Notes: generated by a model not told the origin, from the sequence alone. Positions 25,567 through 34,543 are shown, numbered from the stretch's first letter. The stretch: 54,243 bases of DNA from an uncultured Conexibacteraceae bacterium (GCA_964533285.1 CAZHLT010000277.1:1-54243), one strand, 5' to 3'. Numbers and translations: made by a program.

Positions 25567-25573
25567 CGCCGAC

Positions 25574-25693
25574 TCAGTAGACGCCGCACATGCCGTCGAT
25601 CGAGACGTCCTCGACCAGGAGGTCGACCTCGACCAACTGCTCCTCGGCGGCCTCGGTCTGCGGCGGGGACGGGTCGTGGGAAAGCTGGGGCAT
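25574..25693 (-). CDS. mftA: Mycofactocin precursor peptide MftA (39 aa)
   Basis: Not in the ORF track. My translation MPQLSHDPSPPQTEAAEEQLVEVDLLVEDVSIDGMCGVY* has the canonical IDGMCGVY C-terminus. GAGGAGG lies 5 nt upstream of the ATG. It ends 7 nt before mftB. Confidence 0.9.
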   Translation of the reverse strand: MPQLSHDPSPPQTEAAEEQLVEVDLLVEDVSIDGMCGVY

Positions 25694-25753
25694 GAGAACC
25701 TCCTCGATCGGTTACCGCTTCCGGATGGTATTTATAACACCCAGTGCAAGAAT

Positions 25754-26335
25754 ATGTCGGCCGGCCGACCCCCCAGCACCAGCCATGACGAGATCGCCGC
25801 CGCGGCGCTTGACCTCTTTCACCGCCGAGGCTTCGAAGCGACCAGCGTCGAGGACATCGCCGCTGCTGTCGGCGTCGTGCGGCGGACGATCTTCCGCTAC
25901 TTCCCCTCGAAGAACGACATCGTCTGGGGTGACTTCGACTGGGTGATCGAGCGCCTGCGCCGCCACCTCGACGAGGGCTCTTCGATGGAGCCGATGGAGG
26001 CACTGCGGCGGGCCGCTGTGCTCTCCAATCGCTACCCTGCCGAGGAGCTGCCGGCGCTGCGAGTGCGGATGACCTTGATCACCACCGCACCCGCCCTCCA
26101 GGCCCACTCGATGCTGCGGTACGCGGCTTGGCGCAACGCCGTCGCCGAGTGGGCGGCGCTCCGACTCGGGGCCGCGAGGGATGACCTGGTCCCCGAAGTT
26201 GTCGGTCACGTCGCCCTCGGCGCGTCGATGACGGCCTTCAGTCGCTGGGTGCGAAACCCGGGCGAAGATCTCGAGGAATGCATCGACCGCTCCTACCGCG
26301 CCCTCATCGACCCCTTCTCCGAAGGCGACAGGTGA
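25754..26335 (+). CDS. mftR: Mycofactocin system TetR-family regulator MftR
   Basis: Internal ATG 25754 (MSAGRPPSTSHDEI..). IAAAALDLFHRRGFEATSVEDIAAAVGVVRRTIFRYFPSKNDIVWGDFD. Divergent from mftA with a 60-bp AT-rich spacer. Confidence 0.85.
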   Translation: MSAGRPPSTSHDEIAAAALDLFHRRGFEATSVEDIAAAVGVVRRTIFRYFPSKNDIVWGDFDWVIERLRRHLDEGSSMEPMEALRRAAVLSNRYPAEELPALRVRMTLITTAPALQAHSMLRYAAWRNAVAEWAALRLGAARDDLVPEVVGHVALGASMTAFSRWVRNPGEDLEECIDRSYRALIDPFSEGDR

Positions 26336-26337
26336 GG

Positions 26338-27726
26338 ATGTTCCGACGTTACGTCCTCGACCGCGACGTCGTCCGCTGCGCCGACGGATGCCTGCTCGCC
26401 GGCGGCTTTCCGCCGCGTCTCGTCCGTCTCAGCCCGGCAGGCGCCGCGGCGCTCGATCGCCTCCTCGGCGCCACGCAGGAACCGGGCGACGAGCCGCTGC
26501 GCGACCGTCTCATCGACCACGGCGTTCTCCATCCCGTCGCTGCCGAGCCGGGACCCGGGCTCAGCTTCGTCGTCCCCGTCCGCGACGGAGGCGAGCGGCT
26601 GCCGCGTCTGGTGACGGAGCTGCGGCCGTGGGGCCCGGTCCTCGTCGTCGACGACGGCTCGACCGACGGCAGCGCCCGCCGCGCCCGTGACGCCGGCGCT
26701 GCGACGCTCGCCAACGACCGCGCCCCGGGCCCCGCCGGAGCCCGCAACGCCGGCCTTGCCGCCACCACCACCGCGCTCGTAGCCTTCGTCGACGCCGACT
26801 GCCGCTGCCCACGCGAGTGGGCCGGGCCGCTGGCAGGCCTGCTGGCCGAGGACCCGTCTCTGGCGCTGGCAGCACCGCGGGTGCGCAGCGCCCGCGGCGG
26901 AGGCGAGATTGCCGCGTACGAGCGCTCGCGTTCGCCCCTCGACATGGGACCCGATCCCGGGCTGGCCGGGCCGGGACGTCGCATCGGCTTCGTTCCATCG
27001 GCGGCATTGGTCGCTCGCCGCAAGGTGCTCATCGGCCTCGGCGGTTTCGACGAGGGGCTCCGCTTTGGCGAGGACGTCGACCTCGTCTGGCGTGCGAATG
27101 CTGCCGGCTGGACGGTGCGTTACGCGCCTGAGATCGAAGTCGAACACCAGCCGCGACGATCTGCCGGCGCGCTCGCCCGCCAGCGCTTTCAGTACGGCTC
27201 TTCCTCCGCCGGACTGGACCGCCGTCACCCGGGAGCCGTCGCCCCACTCGTTCTCGATCGCGGCTCGACCGCGATCGTGACGGCGTCGGCGATCGGCGGC
27301 GTGCCCGCGGGGGTCAGCGCCGCGCTCCTGCGCATGGTGCTGTCGGCGAGGCGGAGAGGAGGTCGCGACTCGGCGCTGGCGATCGCCTCGCTCTCGGTCC
27401 GCGCCCACCTGAACTTCGGCCGGCGGCTGGCTCGAGCTCTGGTGCGCGAGTGGCTTCCGGCAACCGTCGTCGTGTGCCTGCTATCACGCCGAAGCCGCCG
27501 GGCCGCTCTGCTGGCGCTTGCGGTCGACGCCGGCTCCGGGTCTCGGAGCGAAGCGCGCTTGCTGGCTCCCCGGGCCATCATGCTGCGCCTGACCGAGAAC
27601 GCCGCCTACGCGGCCGGACTCTGGTACGGGGCTTTGCAGGCGCGTGCGCTCGGAGCCGTGTTGCCGCGGTTGACATGGGGAAGGCCATCGTCGCGAACGC
27701 CTTCGAACAACAGGCAGGACGACTGA
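26338..27726 (+). CDS. mftF: Mycofactocin biosynthesis glycosyltransferase MftF (GT2 family)
   Basis: ATG 26338, 2 nt after the mftR stop. FVVPVRDGGERL, VVDDGSTDGS, GPAGARNAGL, FVDADC, GGFDEGLRFGEDVDLVWR, then a C-terminal membrane-associated region. Confidence 0.85.
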   Translation: MFRRYVLDRDVVRCADGCLLAGGFPPRLVRLSPAGAAALDRLLGATQEPGDEPLRDRLIDHGVLHPVAAEPGPGLSFVVPVRDGGERLPRLVTELRPWGPVLVVDDGSTDGSARRARDAGAATLANDRAPGPAGARNAGLAATTTALVAFVDADCRCPREWAGPLAGLLAEDPSLALAAPRVRSARGGGEIAAYERSRSPLDMGPDPGLAGPGRRIGFVPSAALVARRKVLIGLGGFDEGLRFGEDVDLVWRANAAGWTVRYAPEIEVEHQPRRSAGALARQRFQYGSSSAGLDRRHPGAVAPLVLDRGSTAIVTASAIGGVPAGVSAALLRMVLSARRRGGRDSALAIASLSVRAHLNFGRRLARALVREWLPATVVVCLLSRRSRRAALLALAVDAGSGSRSEARLLAPRAIMLRLTENAAYAAGLWYGALQARALGAVLPRLTWGRPSSRTPSNNRQDD

Positions 27727-28087
27727 TGGCCGCGCAAGACCGCGCGCTGGTCGCTCGCTCGCTGCGGTCGGTACGCCAGGCAGCGCCGGCGGGCCGTGCC
27801 GGGATGCAGAGGCCTCGGGCGGCTGGCGGCCGGAGAGTGGGACCACCCAGCCGCCCGCAGTGCCTCTACGGTCCCGGGAAGGAGCTCAGCGGTGAACGAC
27901 GCTGAGCGGATGGGAATAAAAAGATACCGCAGATCCAACTTTCTGGTTTTACATTGAACCGAAAATCCATTAATTGGACACTAGATCTTGCCAGTTTGAC
28001 CGAATAGAAGGGAACATTTCCTTTCCGATTCTGGTTGAATGCCAACGGTCAGGCCGACTCGCGGCCGACCGACCGGAAAGGGAAGCC

Positions 28088-29512
28088 ATGCCGTCTCAGG
28101 ATTCTGTCGCGCTCGAGCGGTTCGACGCCGGGGACGGAGCGCTGCCGCTCGAGGCGGCGGCCGTGCTGGAGCAGATTCGCTCCGGCGAGATCAAGGCGGT
28201 GGTCGTCGGCGGCGCCGACACCAGCGGCATCTTCCGCGCCAAACGGATCTCGGCCCGGCGGTTCGCGCGCACCGACGCCCCCGTCGTGCAGTTCAGCGAG
28301 CACATGTTCGCGGTCGATATCTCCGACCGGCTGCAGCCGCGGCCGGACGGCTATGAGGGTCACTGGCCCGCCCACGCGACCGGCCTCAGCGACCTCGACG
28401 CCGTCGCCGATCTCGCCACCCTGCGGCGGGTCCCCTGGCTGTCGCGCACGGCGCTCGTCCTCTGCGACTACAGGCACCCGAACGGCGACCCGTACGAGTT
28501 CGCCCCTCGCTCGGTCCTGCGCCGAGTGCTCGAGCGCTACCGGCGCATCGGCCTCGAGCCGCATCTCGCCCCCGAGCTGGAGTTCCTCGTCTTCCGCGAG
28601 AGCGACGGCTCGGCCCGGCGCAAGGGGTTCCGCGACCTGGAGCCGCTGTTCGCGAAGGCGATGGCGTTCGGGGCGACTCAGGCCACGGTCGACGACCACA
28701 TCCTCGGCAAGGTGGTCGACGGGCTGACGGCGATGCGGGTGCCGATCGAGTCCTGGGCGCCGGAGGGAACCGCCGGACAGTACGAGCTCAACGTCGAGCA
28801 CGCGCCGGCGCTGGAGGCGGCCGACCGCGGCTTCCTCTTCAAGCACGGCGTGAAGGAGATCTGCTCCCTGGAGGGAATGACGGCGACCTTCATGTCGAAG
28901 CTCGACGCCGCTCGTCCCGGCAGCTCGATGCACGTGCACCAGTCGCTCTGGCGTGACGGCGAGCCCGCCTTCTTCGACCCCGGCGCGAACGACGGCCTCT
29001 CCCCCCTTCTGCGGCACTTCGTCGCCGGGCAGCTCAGCACCCTGATCCCGTTCGCCCCGATCTGGATGCCGAACCCCGCCGCCTTCAAACGGTCGGTCTC
29101 ATATATGGGGGTCGGGACCTCGGAATCGTGGGGGGCCGACAACCGGACCCTGTCGCTGCGCGTGCTGGCCCCGGACGCGGTCGGCTGCCGGGTCGAGCAC
29201 CGGGTCCCGGGCGCCGACACCAACGTATACCTCGCCCTGGCGGCGATGCTGGCCGGAGGCCTCTACGGGATCGAGCACGAGCTCGAGCCGCCGCCTCCGA
29301 CCGTCGGCGACGCCTTCAAGCAGACCGAGCTGCGAACCCAGCCGAAGACCCTGGACACCGCTCTGGGGGCCTTCGAAGAGAGCCCGGTCGCGAACGAGTA
29401 CCTGGGTGAGGAGTTCGTCCGGCGCTACGCGGCGACCAGGCGCTGGGAGGCCGAACAGGCCTGCGTGCAGGTCACCGACTGGGAGCTGGAGCGCTACTTC
29501 TCGCGCTCTTGA
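28088..29512 (+). CDS. Glutamine synthetase family protein (gamma-glutamyl-amine ligase-like)
   Basis: ATG 28088 after GGAAAGGGAAG. PELEFLVF, EGTAGQYELNVEHA, KEICSLEGMTATFMSKL, GSSMHVHQSLW, NRTLSLRV, EHRVPGADTNVYLALAAMLAGG. Confidence 0.8.
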   Translation: MPSQDSVALERFDAGDGALPLEAAAVLEQIRSGEIKAVVVGGADTSGIFRAKRISARRFARTDAPVVQFSEHMFAVDISDRLQPRPDGYEGHWPAHATGLSDLDAVADLATLRRVPWLSRTALVLCDYRHPNGDPYEFAPRSVLRRVLERYRRIGLEPHLAPELEFLVFRESDGSARRKGFRDLEPLFAKAMAFGATQATVDDHILGKVVDGLTAMRVPIESWAPEGTAGQYELNVEHAPALEAADRGFLFKHGVKEICSLEGMTATFMSKLDAARPGSSMHVHQSLWRDGEPAFFDPGANDGLSPLLRHFVAGQLSTLIPFAPIWMPNPAAFKRSVSYMGVGTSESWGADNRTLSLRVLAPDAVGCRVEHRVPGADTNVYLALAAMLAGGLYGIEHELEPPPPTVGDAFKQTELRTQPKTLDTALGAFEESPVANEYLGEEFVRRYAATRRWEAEQACVQVTDWELERYFSRS

Positions 29513-30299
29513 GGCCCGGGGGCCGACTGGCCGAGTCGCGGTCGATCAGCGGCCGCAGGAAGTCCGGCACCCCCGGCACAAGCGATTTCCCAGTCGCCCG
29601 CTCCCACAGTTCCTCGGTGCGGGCGAGGTGCTCGTCCATGACCGTGTCGATCGCTTTCATGTTGCCGCTGCGCAGTGCCTCGAGCGTCCGTTCGTGGATG
29701 TCGACCCCCCACTCCGGGCTGACCGCGAGGTCGACCACCGTGGTCGCCATATAGAGGTCCTGGAACAGCTCCCCCATCAGCTTGATCACGGTCGGGTTGC
29801 GCGTCGCCCGCGCCAGCAGGTTGTGGAACTGGAGGTCGATTTGGTAGGCCCGTTCCCGCTCCGACTCTCGGTAGTCGCCGGCGAGCTTGCGCTGCAGCTC
29901 GATCGACTCGGCCATCGCCGCGAAGTCCTCCTCGCGCCCGCGCACCGCGGCCAGCTGGGCGACGCGCGGCTCCAGCATCCGCCGCGCTTCGAGCACGCTG
30001 CCGATCTCGCTGATTGCCATCTCGCCCCCGTTGGACTCGAGCGAGAGCGGCACGTAATCGGTGAGGACGACGACACCGCCGCCGGCGCCGGCACGGACTT
30101 TCACGACCCCGGCGTCCGCCAGCAGCCTGATCGCCTCTCGGATCGTCGGCCGACTCACCCCCATCTGCTCGGACATGACCCGCTCGCCGGGCAGCCGATC
30201 GCCGGCTCGCAGTTCACCTGAGCGGATGCGCTCGGCGACTTGCGAGATCACTTCCTCGAAGGCGCGCCGGGTGTGGACCTCTGAGAACTCGACTTCCAT
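29472..30299 (-). CDS. GntR/FadR-family transcriptional regulator
   Basis: GDRLPGERVMSEQMGVSRPTIREAIRLLADAGVVKVRAGAGGG (wHTH) plus an FCD-type C-terminal domain (EARRMLEP...DLQFHNLLARAT). 3' end overlaps the convergent GS-like gene by 41 nt. Confidence 0.8.
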   Translation of the reverse strand: MEVEFSEVHTRRAFEEVISQVAERIRSGELRAGDRLPGERVMSEQMGVSRPTIREAIRLLADAGVVKVRAGAGGGVVVLTDYVPLSLESNGGEMAISEIGSVLEARRMLEPRVAQLAAVRGREEDFAAMAESIELQRKLAGDYRESERERAYQIDLQFHNLLARATRNPTVIKLMGELFQDLYMATTVVDLAVSPEWGVDIHERTLEALRSGNMKAIDTVMDEHLARTEELWERATGKSLVPGVPDFLRPLIDRDSASRPPGLKSARSSAPAPSR

Positions 30300-30314
30300 C
30301 CCCCTCACCTTACC

Positions 30315-30363
30315 GTGAACCCCTGTCTATGCTCATCTTTGTGAACCTGAATCGGATGCTCAT
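30315..30363. promoter_or_regulatory. Tandem bipartite direct repeat [GTGAACC-N7/8-ATGCTCAT] x2 upstream of the GntR gene
   Basis: gtgaacc at 30315-30321 and 30341-30347. atgctcat at 30329-30336 and 30356-30363. Lies in the 80-nt gap between the SDR stop and the GntR start. Confidence 0.4.
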
Positions 30364-30389
30364 GGTCACCTTGCCGGTTCCCCGCTGGG

Positions 30390-31208
30390 CTAGTGAGCGA
30401 GGAACCCGGCGTCGACCGGCAGCATGCTGCCGGTCACGTACCTGGCGGCATCGGAGAGCAGGAAGGCGACCAGCTCGCTGACGTCCTCCGGCTCGATCAT
30501 CTCCACCGGCAGCAGGTTCTGCCAGTTGGCGACCATGTCGGCGCTGCGCTCGAGGAAGTCGTCCATCACCGGATTGGTGACCATCGGCGTCCTCACCCCG
30601 GTCGGGTGGACGGTGTTGACGCGGATCGAGTGCGGGGCGAGCTCCACGGCGAACGACTTCATCAGCCCCGCCACCGCGTGCTTGCTGGCGCTGTAGTCGC
30701 CGAGTCGGGCCATGCCCCTGATCCCCGCGGTCGAGGAGGTGATCACGATCGAGCCCCCGGCACCGCGCTCGATCATCGCGGGGACGGCGGCGCTGATCGT
30801 GTTCCAGACGCCGCGGACGTTGATTTCCATCAGGTCGTCCCAGCGCTGACGGTCGACCTCCCAAAGCATCGTCTCCGGGTCCATCGGGCTGATGCCGGCG
30901 TTGGCGACGACCGCGTCGACCTGACCGAGCTCCGCCAGGCAATTGGCCACGACATCTTTGACGGCCTCGTAGTCGCGCACGTCGGCCTGGCTGGCGAGGA
31001 TCCGACCGCCCGCCTCCTCCACCTGGCGCACCGTCTCCTCGAGGTCCGCCGGGGTCGAGAGCGGGTAGGGGATCGAGGCGATCTCGCCGCAGAGGTCGAA
31101 GCAGGAGATCGCGGCCCCCTCCCGCGCCAGCTTCACCGCGTGGGCACGCCCCTGTCCGCGGGCGGCGCCGGAGATCAGCACCACCTTCCCATCGAGCGAA
31201 CCAGCCAT
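30390..31208 (-). CDS. Mycofactocin-coupled SDR-family oxidoreductase (carveol-dehydrogenase-like)
   Basis: GKVVLISGAARGQGRAHAVKLAREGAAISCFDLCGEIASIPYPLSTPADLEETV..ADVRD is the hallmark N-terminal pattern of this subfamily. YSASKHAV active site. Confidence 0.8.
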   Translation of the reverse strand: MAGSLDGKVVLISGAARGQGRAHAVKLAREGAAISCFDLCGEIASIPYPLSTPADLEETVRQVEEAGGRILASQADVRDYEAVKDVVANCLAELGQVDAVVANAGISPMDPETMLWEVDRQRWDDLMEINVRGVWNTISAAVPAMIERGAGGSIVITSSTAGIRGMARLGDYSASKHAVAGLMKSFAVELAPHSIRVNTVHPTGVRTPMVTNPVMDDFLERSADMVANWQNLLPVEMIEPEDVSELVAFLLSDAARYVTGSMLPVDAGFLAH

Positions 31209-31222
31209 CTTCGAGCTCCTTT

Positions 31223-32137
31223 CTATTCGGGGCCGACGGCGCCAACCGGCGGCCGACCCATGAACGCCTCCATCGCCGCATTCAGCGAGGGATGCTCTTC
31301 GTAGTTGTGACGGGCGGTGATCGCCGCCAGCCGATCACCGATCTCGCTCGGCTCCGGAACGGTGCCGAGCGCGGCGGTCCAGCCCTCGGTGAGGCCGACG
31401 AAGGCCTCGGCGTAGCGTCCCGCCGAAGCCCAGAAGACGCGCCGGTTGACCCCGCAGGACTCGCCCGCGAGGTAGAGGACCATCGGCGTCACCAGCTCCG
31501 GGTCGGCGAGCTCGAGGAAGGCGCGGTCGGCGGGATCGGGCGGGACCAGGCCTGCCAGGCGTGAGCGGGCCATCGGCAGCACCGAGTTGGCCTTGATCCC
31601 GTCCGGCTCGCCCTCGATCCCGACCACGGTCGCCATCCCGATCACCGCCATCTTCGCGATGGCATAGCCGACGATCCCCGGACGGCCGAACACCGCCGCC
31701 GGCGAAGAGGTGAAGACGAGCCGCCCGTATCCCTGCTCCCGCATCACCGGGTAGGCGAGGCGGCTGAGCTCGAAGGCGCCGCGGACGTGGACGTCGAGCT
31801 GGCGATCGACGTCCGCCAGGCGCGCGTCGGCGAACGAGTCGGCGACGACCAGGCCGGCGTTGTTGACGACGACGTCGAGCCGGCCGAAGGCGCTGAGCGC
31901 CGCGTCCACCAGGCGCTCCGCGGCCGCCGGGTCGCCAAGATCGGCGTGGACGGCGAGCGCCGTTCCCCCGGCGGCGCCGATCTCATCGACCAGGGCGTCC
32001 AGCTTCGAGGGGCCCTCGACGGGGCGGCGCGAGCAGACGACGACCTCGGCGCCGCGACGCGCGAGCTCGAGGGCGTACTCGCGGCCGAGGCCCATGCTCG
32101 CCCCGGTGACGAGGACGACGCGGCCTTGGTATTCCAT
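31223..32137 (-). CDS. SDR-family oxidoreductase (hydroxyacyl-CoA dehydrogenase-like, with C-terminal extension)
   Basis: Internal ATG 32137 (MEYQGRVVLVTGASMGLGREYALELARRGAEVVV). NNAG, YAIAKMAV. Confidence 0.75.
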   Translation of the reverse strand: MEYQGRVVLVTGASMGLGREYALELARRGAEVVVCSRRPVEGPSKLDALVDEIGAAGGTALAVHADLGDPAAAERLVDAALSAFGRLDVVVNNAGLVVADSFADARLADVDRQLDVHVRGAFELSRLAYPVMREQGYGRLVFTSSPAAVFGRPGIVGYAIAKMAVIGMATVVGIEGEPDGIKANSVLPMARSRLAGLVPPDPADRAFLELADPELVTPMVLYLAGESCGVNRRVFWASAGRYAEAFVGLTEGWTAALGTVPEPSEIGDRLAAITARHNYEEHPSLNAAMEAFMGRPPVGAVGPE

Positions 32138-32205
32138 CCTTGCTTCGCTCCTTTCCGCTCGCGAGCGTTGCCAGGACGCCGCTCGCGCGGCGCCCCGGCC
32201 CCCGC

Positions 32206-33468
32206 TCAGCAACGCGTCCGGTTCACTTCCTTCGGGGTGATGTCCTCGACGAATTCGGAGTGGTCGCCGTTTGCCTTCAGCACCGCGAGCGTGCGGCCGA
32301 GGGCGATGTGGCATTTCGGCGTGTACGTCGTCTTGCCGACCAGGAGCGGCACTTCCTGGAACGACTGGAGCGCTTCCTTGACCGCTTCGGCTTCGGTGGA
32401 GCCCGCGTCTTCGATTGCCTTCGCGAGCGCTTCGATCCCGGCGTACCCGATCAACATGTGCGCGGTCGACGGCAGTTCGCCGTATTTCTTGACGTAGCGC
32501 TGGACGACTTCGTCTTTGCGCTGGTCCGGGTCGTCGCCGTTGAGCGAGGCGACCTCGCCGGCGCTGTAGTAGTCGCCGAGGTCCGGGACCTGCGTGTACC
32601 AGGTGCTGCCACCGAGCGCGGCGGAGCCGACGATCGGCGCTTCGACGCCGGCGGCGCGCAGCTGCTTGATCATGTTCGGACCCCCCGGCACGTAGCTGCA
32701 GAGGACGACCGCTTCCGCTTCGCCGCCGTTCTGGCGGAAGCGGTCGACCTGGGCCGCGAACGAGGCGTCGGAGTTGTTCATCGTGTCGTCGCCGACGATC
32801 GTCCCGCCCTGTTTCTGGAAGTAGCCCTCGGCTTCTTCGCAGGCTTCCTTGGTCGAGGCGCTCGAGGTGTCGGTGATGAAGTACGCCTTGGGGAATTTCT
32901 CGGCCGTGAACTGGGCCAGCACGGCCGCCTCGGTCGGGTTGCCGTGGCCGGTGTTGAAGACGAGCGGCCCGAGGCCTTCCAGGCCGTAGTTCACCGAGCC
33001 TGCGCAGCCCATCGCCAGCACGCCCTGTTCGTCCGCGGCCCGCGCCTGCGGCCCGCCGATGTCGTAGTCGCAGGAGGTGAAGAGGAAGTCCGGGTTCTTG
33101 CTGAGCGCTTCCAGCGCGGCTTCGCGAACGTAGTTGATGTCCGTTTTGTTGTCCGGGCCGATCACGAGCTCGAGGTCGCGACCGCCGAGGACGCCGCCCT
33201 TCTTGTTGACGTCTTCGATCGCCAGTTCCATCCCGTGGCCGATCGGTTCGTCGTAGAAGGCCATGTAGCCGGTCTGGGCGTCCGGGTAGGCGATCTTGAT
33301 CGGTTCCTTCGATTCCGCACTGGTGGTTTCGCCGCCACCACCGCTGCTGCTGGCGGTCGTGTCGTCGCTGCTGGAGCTGCCGCAGGCGGCGAGCACCAGG
33401 GAAAGGACTGCGGCTGCCGCGATCGCGAGCAGGAGGCCCTGACGGGCCCTCAGGCGTTCAAGAGACAT
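32206..33468 (-). CDS. ABC transporter substrate-binding lipoprotein (Leu/Ile/Val/amide-binding family)
   Basis: Lipobox LVLAACGSSSS. IKIAYPDAQTGYMAFYDEPIGHGMELAIEDVNKKGGVLGGRDLELV is the periplasmic-binding-protein type I pattern. Confidence 0.8.
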   Translation of the reverse strand: MSLERLRARQGLLLAIAAAAVLSLVLAACGSSSSDDTTASSSGGGGETTSAESKEPIKIAYPDAQTGYMAFYDEPIGHGMELAIEDVNKKGGVLGGRDLELVIGPDNKTDINYVREAALEALSKNPDFLFTSCDYDIGGPQARAADEQGVLAMGCAGSVNYGLEGLGPLVFNTGHGNPTEAAVLAQFTAEKFPKAYFITDTSSASTKEACEEAEGYFQKQGGTIVGDDTMNNSDASFAAQVDRFRQNGGEAEAVVLCSYVPGGPNMIKQLRAAGVEAPIVGSAALGGSTWYTQVPDLGDYYSAGEVASLNGDDPDQRKDEVVQRYVKKYGELPSTAHMLIGYAGIEALAKAIEDAGSTEAEAVKEALQSFQEVPLLVGKTTYTPKCHIALGRTLAVLKANGDHSEFVEDITPKEVNRTRC

Positions 33469-34543
33469 ACTCCTCCTCCTGTTGGGTGCTTCGTTTTCTC
33501 TTCGGGCGAAGAAAGCCGGGGGCGCGGAAGATCCGGTCGAGCTCCCGTCCCCCGGTCAGCCCGCTCGGGCGCACCGCGAGGACGGCGAGGATGATCGCCG
33601 CGAGCATCAGGTTCTGGACGCCGGGGCGGGCCGGGATCGAGGCGATCCCGAGGTCCCATCCCTGCTCGAATCGGCGCAGGAGCTCGTTGAGGACGGAGAC
33701 GACGACGACGCCGACCACCGCCCCGGTGAGGCTGTTTTTGCCGCCGACGATCAGCATCACGATCGTCAGGAAGGTGGTGTCGAGGTAGAAGGACTGGGGC
33801 GCGAAGGAGCCGAGAAAGAGCGCCATCAGGCCGCCGCCGACGCCGATCACGAAGGCGGAGAGGACGAGGGCGACGCCGCGCAGGACCTCGATCGAGACCC
33901 CGGAGGCGCGGGCGGCGACCTCGTCTTCGCGCGAGCTGCGCAGGCGCAAGCCCCAGCGGCTGCGCTGGAAGGCGAAGACGAGGACGATCGAGCAGATCGC
34001 CCAGATCAGCGCCGAGGTCTGCGTGGTCGAGACCGGGACCCCGCTCAGCCCCTGGGTGCCGTTGGTGATGTCCTCGAGGTTGCTGGCGACGACGAAGACG
34101 ATGTTGAGCACGGCGAACATCGCCAGCCCAGCGGCGATCCCGCTGAGGCGCGTGACCGGAATCGCGACGAGTGCCGCGAACGCGGCGGCGACGAGGCCGC
34201 CGGCGAGAACGGCGAGGGTCGGGTCGAGGTGTGCCTGCTGGAGCCAGTGCGGCGCGGAGGCGAGGAGGAATTCCTTGCCGCTGGCCGGCATCGCCAGCAG
34301 CGCCGCGACGTAGGCGCCGACCATCATGAACACCATGTGGCCGAAGGAGAAGACGCCCGAGGTGCCGACGAACGAGTAGAAGCCGACGACCACGACCAGG
34401 TAGATCGTCGCCGTCAGCGTCACCCGGTCGAGCAGCAGGTCGCCCTGGGTGCCGAGCCAGACGGCGACGCAGACGAAGGCGATCAGCGCCGGCAGCATCC
34501 AGGCGCGACGGCAGGCGGCGGCGAGGGTGGCGAGCGGACCCAT
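33458..34543 (-). CDS. Branched-chain-amino-acid-type ABC permease (LivM-like)
   Basis: ATG 34543 in an ATGA overlap with the upstream permease stop. Multi-pass hydrophobic sequence with GxxGLSGVP. The 702-aa ORF-track entry is an artefactual extension. Confidence 0.8.
   Translation of the reverse strand: MGPLATLAAACRRAWMLPALIAFVCVAVWLGTQGDLLLDRVTLTATIYLVVVVGFYSFVGTSGVFSFGHMVFMMVGAYVAALLAMPASGKEFLLASAPHWLQQAHLDPTLAVLAGGLVAAAFAALVAIPVTRLSGIAAGLAMFAVLNIVFVVASNLEDITNGTQGLSGVPVSTTQTSALIWAICSIVLVFAFQRSRWGLRLRSSREDEVAARASGVSIEVLRGVALVLSAFVIGVGGGLMALFLGSFAPQSFYLDTTFLTIVMLIVGGKNSLTGAVVGVVVVSVLNELLRRFEQGWDLGIASIPARPGVQNLMLAAIILAVLAVRPSGLTGGRELDRIFRAPGFLRPKRKRSTQQEEEYVS

Noticed and set aside
27930-28000. 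GlnR-type boxes (gTnAc-n6-GaAAc) upstream of the GS-like gene.
   Set aside because: TTTAC..CGAAAA is present, but the spacing does not fit the consensus as I remember it. I cannot support this without a matrix scan.
20700-28000. A hidden mftE (creatininase-family) gene near the mft cluster.
   Set aside because: All credible ORFs in and around the cluster are accounted for (RibD_C, SDR, mftA-D, mftR, mftF). None shows a creatininase-like pattern, so I report absence rather than a gene.
29472-29512. The 41-nt convergent overlap of the GS-like and GntR genes as an antisense regulatory device.
   Set aside because: The overlap may simply reflect the weakly conserved, possibly over-extended C-terminal tail of the GntR ORF (..LKSARSSAPAPSR). 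There is no independent evidence.
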